From NCBI RefSeq assembly GCF_018977255.1, contig NW_024704743.1:18416001-18480000 (forward strand): a DNA stretch of 64,000 bases, read 5' to 3'. Of the stretch, positions 39,175-50,800 are shown piece by piece. Position 1 is the stretch's first letter. Each line of letters opens with the position of its first letter. The notes beneath the pieces are model-generated. The model was given only the letters and a program-made list of their open reading frames with translations, was not told the DNA's origin and searched no databases. Source of the stretch: Callorhinchus milii. Its lineage: Eukaryota. The position numbers and the translations under genes were made by a program.

Positions 39175-39745
39175 CACTCACTCACAAACTAACTCACTAA
39201 CACACTCACTCACTCACTAACACACTCACTCACTCACTAACACACTCACTCACTCACTCACTAACACACTCACTCACTCACTAACACACTCACTCACTCA
39301 CTAACACACTCACTTACTAACACACTCACACACTCACTAACACACTCACTCACTCACTAACACACTCACTCACTCAATACACTCACTAACACACTCACAC
39401 ACTCACTAACACACACTCACTCACTAACACACTCACTCACTAACACACACTCAATAACACACACTCACTAACACACACTCACTAACACACTCACTCACTC
39501 TCACACTCACACACACTCACTCACTAACACACATTCACTCACTCACACTCACTAACACACTCACTAACACACTCACTAACACTCACTCACTCACTCACTA
39601 ACACACTCACACACACACACTCACTCGCTAACACACTCACTAACACACACTCACTCACTCACTCTCACACACTCACACACACACACACACTCACTCACTA
39701 ACACACTCACTCACTTACTCACTAACACACTAACCAACTCAGTAA
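39175..39745. repeat. Compound (CACT)n/(CACTAACA)n simple repeat
   Basis: Seen directly. Confidence 0.95.
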
Positions 39746-40284
39746 CACTCCCCCCCCCCCCCCCCCCTGACGGGCCGCCCCCGCGCCGCTCCCCCACCGC
39801 TTCAGTGCCGCACAGCAGAAAAGCCCCTCTCTTTCCTCACAGAGACCACACACCAGAAAGCGGCCAATTTGACCCCAAATATCAACCGCCCTCGAAAAAA
39901 AAACTCGGGAAAAGAAAATTTTCCAAAAAAAAAAATACGGTCACAGTTTGAAAAAGCCTTAAAATTCTCGGAACCTTTTCCCCCCCCAAAAAAACGACGA
40001 ATTTTTGGGGTTTATTGTGTGTGTAAAAAAAAAGATGATTAACGCACCTCTCGGAAAGTTGCCTTTTTTTAAAAAAAAGAAAAGAATAGCGAACATTCGC
40101 TTCAGTAAAACTAACGGTGTTAGTCTCTTTAAAACTTTTTTAATGAAATAAAAATAAAAATAAAAAAAAGTTAAAAAAAATAAAATAAAACTCCCGAACA
40201 CCGCAGTCCCCGCTTCACTGCCCCCCATTGAGGGGGTGCGGTTGGACCTCTCGATGTTGCAGTGACCTCTGGCGATATTACTTT

Positions 40285-40325
<41 letters not shown>

Positions 40326-40599
40326 TTGGGGGAGAAAAAAAGGTTGTGTTTTGGAGGGGGTGAAAAAAAAATACCCTCCAAAAAAAAATAATAATAATAT
40401 AACTATGTGCTCTCGAAGCCACGACCAGTCTCGTTGCAAAGACCTCGCACTCGGTGGTGGGTACAGTCTCTCTCACACTGTTGGGAAGCGTTGCTCGTCT
40501 TTGACTGAAAGCTGTCGGGAACTCAGGGGGTTTCCCCCAACTCTTTAGGGGGGAGGGGGGGGGGGGGTAACGACACCAACTGTTGCTGAGGAGGGTCCT

Positions 40600-41850
40600 G
40601 GACCCCACCCACTGCATCCCGTCCCAGCACTGGCCCTGTACCCCTCAAACAGTGGCTTTAGCAACTCGCCGCCGCCCTCTCCTCGGGGAACGGTGGCTTT
40701 CGTGAGATGCTCAGGTCACTGACCCTTCATCAGAGAGGGGAGGGGGGGAGGGGGAAGGAGGGGAGGGAGGGGGGGGGGACAGGAGGAGAGGAGGGAGGGA
40801 GGGAGAGGGGGCAGGAGGGAGGGGGGAGCGGGAGGAGGGGAGGGAGGGGAGGAAGGGGAGCGGGAGGAGAGGAGGGGAGGAAGGGGAGCGGGAGGGGAGA
40901 GGGAGGGGGTAAAGCTCCTCCTCAGGTCCAACCAGTGGTCCAAAGTGATGGGTTACAGCACAGAGCCTGACGGGAGGTTGCAGTTGGATTGCTCCAATGT
41001 CAATCACAGCGTTAAGCCCCCACTCCCCCCCCACTCCCCCCCCATACACACACACACACAAGCCCAGCCCTGGGGAGGGGAGGGGAGGGGTGGGGGCTGC
41101 TGGAGCGCCCTATAAATATCAGCCGATCGCCACCGCTCGCTCTCGCGCAGCTCTCAGCTCAGCACTGCCGCGAAGTGACCCCCCGCGGAGCGACCACCAC
41201 CACCACCACAACAACAACAACGACAACAACAGCAACAGCCGCCGCCGCCGCGGATCGCAGCGATGTTTCAGTCCCACGGCTCGTACCGGCGGCTGTTCAA
41301 GGAGCCGCCGGTGAACTCGGTGAGGGGGACCCGCTCGTTCTCCACCCGCAGCGCCCCGCCCCGGAGCTTCCTCAAGCCCAGCGCGGCCCGGTACAGCTAC
41401 GGCGCCCCGTCGGCGCTCAGCAAGACCGTGCACTACAGGAGCAGGAGCGGCGCCCCGGGGGCGGGCAGGGGCCCGGGGGGGTTGGGTGTGGGTGGGGGTG
41501 GGGGAGACTCGCTGAACTTCACTCTGATGGACGCCCTGAACTCCGAGTTCAAGGCGAACCGCACCAACGAGAAAGCCGAGATGGTGGAGCTCAACAACCG
41601 CTTCGTGCACTTCATCGACAAGGTGCGGAGCCTGGACCAGCAGAACAAGCTGCTGCTGGCCGAGCTGGAGCAGCTGCGGGGCCGGGGCGCCAGCAGGGTC
41701 GGGGAGCTGTACGAGCAGGAGATGAGGGACCTGCGCCACCAGGTCGACCAGCTCACCAACGACAAAGCCAGGGTCGAGGTGCAGCGGGACAACTTGGCCG
41801 ACGACCTCCAGAGGATCAGGGAAAAGTGAGGCTCGCTCGCTCGCTCGCTC
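40600..41850 (+). promoter_or_regulatory. CpG-island promoter of vimentin copy B: CCAAT at 40994, TATAAATA at 41111-41118, purine/G-rich tract at 40735-40910
   Basis: High CpG density through exon 1; the TATA box is about 150 nt upstream of ATG 41263. Confidence 0.8.
41263..41825 (+). CDS. VIM: Copy B exon 1 (563 nt coding)
   Basis: [12 protein letters not shown]...[20 protein letters not shown]...IRE(K), donor AA|gtgag. Confidence 0.93.
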
Positions 41851-44800
41851 AGTCAGTCAGTCAGTCAGTCACTCAGTCAGTCAGTCAGTCACTCAGTCAC
41901 TCAGTCAGTCAGTCAATCAGTCACTCCCTCACTCACTCACTCCCACTCACTCACTCACTCCCACTCACTCACTCCCACTCACTCACTCCCACTCACTCAC
42001 TCCCACTCACTCACTCCCACTCACTCACTCCCTCTCACTCACTCACTCCCACTCACTCCCACTCACTCCCACTCACTCCCACTCACTCCCACTCACTCCC
42101 ACTCACTCACTCACTCCCACTCACTCACTCACTCCCACTCACTCACTCTCACTCTCTCACTCTCACTCACTCACTCCCACTCACTCTCACTCACTCTCAC
42201 TCACTCTCACTCACTCTCACTCACTCTCACTCACTCTCACTCACTCCCACTCACTCACTCCCACTCACTCACTCCCACTCACTCACTCCCACTCACTCAC
42301 TCCCACTCACTCACTCCCACTCACTCACTCCCACTCACTCACTCCCACTCACTCACTCCCACTCACTCACTCACTCCCACTCACTCACTCCCACTCACTC
42401 ACTCCCACTCACTCACTCCCACTCTCTCACTCTCTCACTCTCTCACTCTCTCACTCTCTCACTCTCTCACTCTCACTCTCTCACTCTCTCACTCTCTCAC
42501 TCACTCACTCTCTCACTCTCTCACTCACTCACTCCCACTCACTCACTCCCACTCACTCACTCCCACTCACTCACTCCCACTCACTCACTCCCACTCGCAC
42601 TCCCTCACTCCCTCACTCTCACTCCCTCACTCTCACTCACTCACTCACTCCCACTCACTCACTCACTCACTCCCACTCACTCCCACTCACTCCCACTCAC
42701 TCCCACTCACTCACTCCCACTCACTCACTCACTCCCACTCACTCACTCACTCTCACTCTCTCACTCTCACTCTCTCACTCTCACTCACTCACTCCCACTC
42801 ACTCACTCCCACTCACTCCCATTCTCAACAGCAAAACGGCAACCATCCGTTTTGGAGAGAGCGCATTTTTCACGTCGGGGCGACGTCCCGAAAGGCGCCG
42901 GAGAGTTGGGTCGACGACCCGAGCATTGGGTGGGTGGGTGGGGGGTGGCGAATGGTCAGGGGGAGGGGAGGGATGGGATGGGGGCGAGGAGGGGGGAAAT
43001 GGTTAGGGTGAGGGGGGAGGGGAGGGGGCGAGGAAGGGGGAAATGGTCAGGGTGAGGGGAGGGGCGAGGAGGGGGGAATGGTCAGGGTGAGGGGAGGAAA
43101 GGGAGGGAGCGAGGACATTGGGTGGGTGGGAGGGGGGGGGCGAATGGTCAGGGTGAGGGGAGGGGAGGGATGGGGCGAGGAGGGGGGAAATGGTCAGGGT
43201 GAGGGGAGGAAGGGAGGGGGCAAGGAAGGGGGGAAATGGTCAGGGTGAGGGGAGGGAAGGGAGGGAGCGAGGAGGGGGTAGAGAGTCGAGGGGGAGCTGA
43301 AGGCGCGGTCGAAGAGAAAGGTCTTGAGACCGGCCTTGAAGGAGGAACTCCCCTTCACCCCCACCCCCTCCAAAAAAAAAACACACCCAAGTTTTAAGAG
43401 CCTCTAAAGAACTTTTTTTTTAAACAAAACAAAAGCCCCGAATATTTGTGCTTGGACTTCGTCGTCGTCGTCATAATAATAATCATCATAATAATGATCC
43501 TAATATTACGTGCGTTTGATATAGCGCACGTCGTCGTCGTCGTTGTTGTTGAGACGCGTCTCAAAGCGCTTCGCAGAATAGACCGTTAAAGGGAATTAAT
43601 TGACTGTGCATTTTTGCGGGTGGAACTCGGCAGCCGATCGCACTCGGCAGTGTCTCACGAACAGTCGTGGATTGTGTGACCCTATCAGTATTTATTGTTA
43701 TTATTATTTATGTATCTCGTTTCGGTGACGAGCGATCGTTGTCCAAACGCAGGCACTGTACCGTTAGATCGCACCTCGTCAAGGGGGGCTCGATTTTATT
43801 TTGCCTACTTTTGTTTTTTTTTAAAAAAAAATTATCTGTTGGGACACGTTGCTAAATTTGTGGAGTTTGCAATAGAAGATGGTGGGTTCCCCCCCCCCCG
43901 CCCGCGCCCCCCCCCATTCGGCAAGTAGAAAGCAATCCTCGTCCCTCTCTCTCATCATTGCTCGCCTCACTTTGCTGACCAGAACCAAGCAACGTGTAAC
44001 ATGCAAGAGCAGTAAATGCCGAATCCCACTTTGCTTCAGGGGGCGGTTACTGGTGGGGTGGACAACCCTTTCTAATGTACTTGTAGTTTTCACGTACAGT
44101 AAAACTCCCATCAGTCTGATCTGCATAAATTGTATAATCTGCCCAAGTACCGTTCAAGAGTTTGTAAGTCTATTGCAAGTTTTGCATCACTCATACTTTG
44201 CAGGAATCGTATTAAATGCACGGTCCCAAATGATACCCCGGGTGGAGCTTACTGTAAATCAAAACCCTAAGCTGATTGATGGATTGGAGTTTGCATCGAA
44301 TTTGTAGATCTGTTACATAGTCCCCCGCTCCCTCCCTATTGTACCCCTCCCTATTTCACTCGAGTCTTCCCGTGTGATCCAGTTTATTAGTCTGTCCTGT
44401 TTACTGCACTTACAGAAACTCTTCAAAACAATAACGACGTTACCTTTACTCTTCCTCGTGTTATATTTGCAATTTGGGGGGTTGGGAATACCAATCTTGT
44501 TTTATTCAACTACTTTGCCCGTTGCGAGCGTTCAACCATTAGATTGTTGTAGATCAACCCAAATGCTTTTCTCTTGTGGGTTTTTCATTCGTTTTACCGC
44601 AACATTGCGCTTGGTGGGGGGAACATTGCACTTGGAGCTCACTGGAACATCGGAGAGTTATGTGTGAGTAAGAGAGAGAACACGTTAAAGTTTTCACTCA
44701 GCCAAATGCTGCGGATAAACCACAGGCGCCTGGAATCCGGGCGGTCCGCTGATATGACAATAAATGCCGGCTGACCGTCTGATCCGTCCTTTGCAGGCTG

Positions 44801-47800
44801 CAAGATGAAATGATTCAGCGGGAAGAGGCTGAAAACAACCTAGCAGCTTTCAGACAGGTAAGAGAGCATTCATTTGCACGTTTCACCGAACCAGCCGAGC
44901 GAATGCATTGGAATCGTTTCTTGGAACGGGCGTTAAATCAGTTGCAAGTGACAGCACTGAGACCTCAGTCAGAGCTCCCGATCCTGGGCGTGTCGGGGTA
45001 GCAGAGACATCTAGTGTCGATGGTGAGCTCAGACCGAACTGCACCCACCCATCAGAAAGGAACTAAACGACTACAGGGACACACCCTCATTCTAGTCTTG
45101 AGACTTGTGTCGATAAAGGGAGTTAAATATAGCATTTTCAATCAACGTTTCGCCCAGGATCCTACCTTAAAACCATTAATATGGTATTTTTTCTTGCATT
45201 AGTATTATTATATGCCAAATGTGTTGTGTTATTACTGTGTGCCAAGTGTAGGAACAGCCTGCATTTTAGAGGTTCCTAAAAATTGTGCACAGAATAATTA
45301 AGACCCAAAACCGTAATGAACTTTCTTCGGAGCTAACCGTCTAAAAGTATTTTTAGGTTTCAGAATGCATCCAAACGCACTGAGAGCAAAAACTAATAAT
45401 TTATGTCTATTTATTATGAATTGCTTTAAATCAGATTTGCGAGAAGCTTTTGGGTACGAATGCTATGTATGAGAATTATATTTAAATTTTAGTTTAATTT
45501 CGCTGATTGTGTGTCGGTTTCATTTTGAAATAACTCCTTGTCAAAGATTGGCTGAAGACCTTCTCAAAAGCCTAGAATACCTTGACTTCATTCATCTTGT
45601 TTGAAAATTGTGTTTTTGCTCTGATACAGTGGCTATTTTTCATGAATGATCTATATAAATGCACGTTGTTGTTTTGAGTACCTAATGCACACACAGTAAT
45701 TGTTATTTATGTGTATCAGGCTAGTGAATATCAGTAGGTAGGGCATGAAGAGTCAAGACACTGTTGAATGTTATCTTGTCCTCATCCAATGTCGTGCATC
45801 TGACCTTTGAGTAGAAACCACCAGGTAGCAATTGAGTGGGAACTGGGGTTGATTTTTGTCTGTGGACACGGTCAGTAGCCGTGCCCCATCCCACCCCAGT
45901 TGAGCAGATTCGGCTCAAACAAGGCTCATCCTGCCTAAGACTTTCTTGATAACATGTATGTTCAGCAATGCACTGTGGGGTTCATGTACTCACTGAACAA
46001 TTGGAGCATTTTACCAATGATGTCCCATTGCTGGCTGCTACAACTACACGTGAGCAGCCTGGGGTGCTTACTTAGCTTTCCATATCCCTCTATTCCTAAG
46101 AGAAAATGCTTAGTCTCTGTTTGCTGACTCTTATGATGGGACAGCTCATATCTGAGACAGTGTGGCCAGAATCATTGGTTTGGCCATTACATCATTAATA
46201 CCGGAACTCTACCATTGTGCAGAAGTTTTATGAGTTAAACAACAATGACAGAATTTAGATTTCCCCTTCCTCCCCTTTCCCCACACTTCATATTCTATTT
46301 GTTCATATAATTATGTAAGGTTGCTTCTGGAATGTATCTTTTCAAGACTGAAGAGTCTAGTTTATCTTACCATTGCTCTTCAGGCAGTAGGGTGGGGCAG
46401 TCTGCTCCAGACTACTGAATAACGCTCTGAGTAGCTAGTAGTACAGTAAAACAAGTAGCACTATTATGGGATCACATGAGGCATCACACCACACTCATGC
46501 ATTGCCACTGAGACATTTTATACTGCGGTTTAAAGATGCCATAAAACTTAGTGTTTTCGCTACTTAGGTTGCAGGGTACTAACATCAGGGAAGGAGATAT
46601 TCCAATAACATCAATAAAGTTCCAGCCAAGATTTGTCTTGGAATGCAGCTCTGTTGAATGTAGCAGGTGTGAATATTAATAATGAAATTGAATAGTTTAA
46701 TTGAAGCAGCGACGGCCAGTGCAGTTGGCCTATTAGCAGGAGAGATGTGTCATTGATGAGGAAAAGATGTGGCAAAGTTACTTTTCCTGCCAATAGAAGC
46801 TAAGTTTTTTTTTGCTACTATCTGAGATCCAATGCTATTATAAGAATACACCCTCCTTTCTTCTTTATTTTCTACTGAAAGCAGGAACATATTCTGAGAG
46901 AAGCTGAAAGCTTGCTTGTATTCTTTGCCTGCCACCTACGCATGCACATTTCCAATAAAGAACACCAGACCTCAATCAGGGGCAAGATCCCTCTCAGCTT
47001 TGTACACTTACACCATTTTTAGCATCCTCGCCACTGTTCAGAGTGCAACCAGTTAACTCAGCACAGACCGAACTGATCCTGTTAGCCTGTATGACATTTA
47101 CTCTCAGTTACCATGGGAACATTTTGCTCACACTTCATGTCAATTTCACTGGATTGTTTGCACCTGCTGCAAAAAGTCTGCTACTAAAAGCTTGTTTTCT
47201 TCATGGCAGAGAAAATCATTCCAATTAAATTCAGCAGTATTCAATGTAATTGTTAAACACCCTCGGGCCAAAATTGTGACATTTGAGAATTTACTTGTAA
47301 AAATAATGCGTCTAGTATTTTGTTCAAAAGCCTCCCGGCATCAAGATCCTGTTTTAGTCACAATTTGCAGGTGAGATGGTCAGGTGCAGGTGCAGGTGAC
47401 CGAATGTTGGATGGGCTGAAGCTTGTGGTCAGTGGAACTGGGGAGGCCAGAGAGGAGGGCATTTATAAAAGTCAAGTTTATGGGTAACAAAGGCATGAAT
47501 GAAGGTTTTTGGCAGTGTTGGGCATAAGATAGGGAATGGAGGCAAGTGATTTGGTGAAAATACAGAAAAGCATTTTGGTCCAGAGTGGGGTGTGAGAAAG
47601 GAAAGAGCTGAGGGTCAAATCAAACATTGCGGTTACCCTCTCATTCAGTGAATTTGAGAGAGTGAGGAAGTCTGAGCCAGATACAAGGACGTATTGGCAA
47701 GAGGTGAGGAGGATGGCTTCTGTTTCATCCGTCTTCAGATGAAGAAAATGTATTGGATTATCCAGGACTTGATAGCTGACAAGCAGGCAGTGAGAACATA

Positions 47801-50800
47801 TTCCCCCCAAGGAGGTCATTTTGAGCATTATTAATTTTGAAAATCACAAGAAATGTAAAGGGTAAAATTCCAACCTTGTCTAGATTTACTTTAATAACTT
47901 AGTTTTAGAGCATTGAGAAATTAGCAAACTGTTGAATTTGGTCTTAATTTTGACGCCAGTTTTCTGAAAGTTTTGTTTTAGAACTACAAACATTTATGGG
48001 CACTCTGAAATGTTTAATAAAGAGAGAAAATCTCGATATAGGTGGCATTTTACCCCAGGGAGTGCTGCAATCCATTTAACGCAAAAAGCCATCTGTTTGA
48101 GCTTATTTGGGGAGGGTTTCCATGTTACTGTTCTGTCAAGTGAAAGAACTCACAATTCTTTCAACCTTGCAAATGAGTCAGGATTTATTTCTGGTAGAAT
48201 TCCAGTCTTTGGAAGTGAAGTGTGTAACTACATCAACTTTCAAAACTCAGACTCCAGCAGTACATTAATTATCTAAACAGGCGAATGCTATTACTCGCAT
48301 GAATGCACTTAAGATTATCACCAGGAACATGAAAGGGAAAATTAAGAAAAACATTCTCTCAGAAAGTTCTGCGAATATGGAATGAATCGCCAGGGGTACA
48401 TTGGGGACAATTAAAAGGGAATTAGATATGTTTATGTGGAGGAAGAGTATGAGAGGCTATTGGAGAAAGATCAGGGAATTTGAATTAGAATAGATGCTTT
48501 AATTGAAGCGCAAACACTGACACTAATGCAATCATGTCTGCTTGACTCAATTGGTAGCACTCTTACCTCCGAGTCAGATTTTGTAAGCTCGACCCCTATG
48601 ATGGGACTTCAAATTAAATTTAGTCCAATACTGGGTTCGGGCAGTGTAGCGGGAGATTCTACCAATGTTCTGGCCAACAGTCCCCCAGATAAAATGGGCC
48701 TTTAACTTCATGGCTGCTTGTGGGACACTGCTGTGTGTAAATTGGCTGCCACATTCTCCTCCAAAATGGGGTCCTATAAAGCATTTTGAGACATGCTCCC
48801 ACCGTGAAGGATGCTGTATAAAATGTTAATGGATCAATAGTCTCTTATCTCTCATTTCTATAATTCACTTCATTTAACAAATAAGCAACAAATATTCAAA
48901 GAATAAGTTAAATAAGAATATATGCAGAATTACTGCTCGAGTGCTGTTTTAACAGGGCATTTTAGAGTCGTTCTGAAGCCTTTGTTGTAGTTTGTAAACT
49001 TATCGGATATTCAGTGAAAGGAGATGTCTGTTCAGGAACATTGTCACTCTCTACTAATCTCTTTTTAAGATGCAAGCAACTCTGTTTGACTTTTTATGTT
49101 AAATGAACAGAAGCCTAATTTAGATGCCCAGCTACCCAATGATCCAAAAAAATATATTTTGTTTTAATCAGGTGTCTGGCACCTGCAGACACCCATCACC
49201 ATCCAAACCAGACTGAAGAGTTCCACACATGCATGGACATTTTTGTTTGTCTGGAGTAATACAAAGAAAGGAAACTGAACAACAACATGTACATACCCAT
49301 TTAGTCCACCAGAGAATGCAGGATGGAAAATGTGGTATGTGATAATGATCACCTGTCAGCATTATATCATGATAAATATCACTGATGATTGTTAACACAT
49401 CCTGATGATAATTGTCACGTCTCATAATGCTTTTTCACTCCATAGATTACTAGGCAAAAACCTATTTGTGCAGCATGTTTATTAACTGTAGCTAATTGTA
49501 ATATAGCCATTGTTATACTATCAGGAAAAAGTTCTTGTAAATCATTGTAATTGTGCTAATTATTGCTTTTGTCAAGCCCTTGATGGACTTGTTTGTATTG
49601 TCTCACGCAGGATGTGGATGATGCCTCTCTGGCTCGTTTGGACCTGGAACGCAAGGTGGAGTCTCTGCAAGAAGAAATTGTATTCTTAAACAAACTTCAT
49701 GAAGAGGTACTCTGTTGCTCTTTTGTCTACCTCTCCTTCCCTCCCCAACTCAGGTGCCCAGACAGCCATGGGTGAAGCACTTTGAGACTTCCTCCTGACG
49801 TGAAAAGTGTTCTACTCAAATTTAAGGATTATTATTAGTAATGTGAAATAGATGGAGAATAAAGCTTTCATATTTTATGAGTTGCAATATCAGAAATCCC
49901 CTCGTGTTATATGCTGTAATTGTAAAATGTATTGTACTCTTGTTTAAAATTCCTTACGTAGGAGAACAGGGGCTGTTTGGATAGTATGACACTCAAATTT
50001 ACCTGAATTTACCCATTTCCTCAGGAAATTAATGAACTGCAGGCTCAGCTCCAGAGTCAGCATGTGCAGATTGAGATGGATGTGATTAAACCTGACCTCA
50101 CTGCAGCTCTGCGTGAAGTTCGATCTGAGTTTGAAAACCTTGCTGCTAAGAACATGGTGGAAACCGAGGATTGGTACAAGTCCAAGGTGAACTATGATAT
50201 TTCTTTCTCATTTTTGAGCACATTTGCAGAATATCTTGAGGTAGCTTGACTGAAAACAAAAATGTTAAAAGATCAGGGATCATTCAGAACATACTTTGAA
50301 TTCCAGGCAGTCATTGGTCCAAGTTAAGTCCTATTATAGTAGCTCATGCCAATTGCTGACTTGTATTTTCCTTGCTATTTTTTTCAGTCTCCTCCATAAA
50401 AACAGTGTCCACTCCTGCAATGTGTCCCAACCTGCAAGCTGAACACTCAAACCTTGTGTATTCCAACTTATACATACCCATTCTGACTCCTAACCCACCA
50501 GTGTCGCCCACTATGTCTCTCCTGTGTCAACTAGTAACATGCTTGTTACTAGGTCAGGAGGTTGCGTATTAGAGATCCATGTCTGGACCTGACCTCATAA
50601 TCCAGGGAGAAATTGCAGAGCAGTACTGTCTGAGTGGTGCATTGTTGGGAGTTGTTGTTTTTAGAATGAGATGTAAAATGGAGGTACCCTTTAAAGCATT
50701 GTGCGCACATTTTGAAGAGTGGAGAATTCTACGTGTCCTGACCCTGATTGAATCTGGGACTTTCACATTGAGAATTTGTTTTGTTAACCTGACCATCGGG

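Noticed and set aside
41119..41792. Antisense ORFs over copy B exon 1
   Set aside because: Expected shadow ORFs of a high-GC3 coiled-coil exon, with no independent support.
41175..43055. 626-aa ORF rich in His/Ser/Leu/Thr
   Set aside because: An alternative frame of GC-rich exon 1 running into a stop-free CACT microsatellite.
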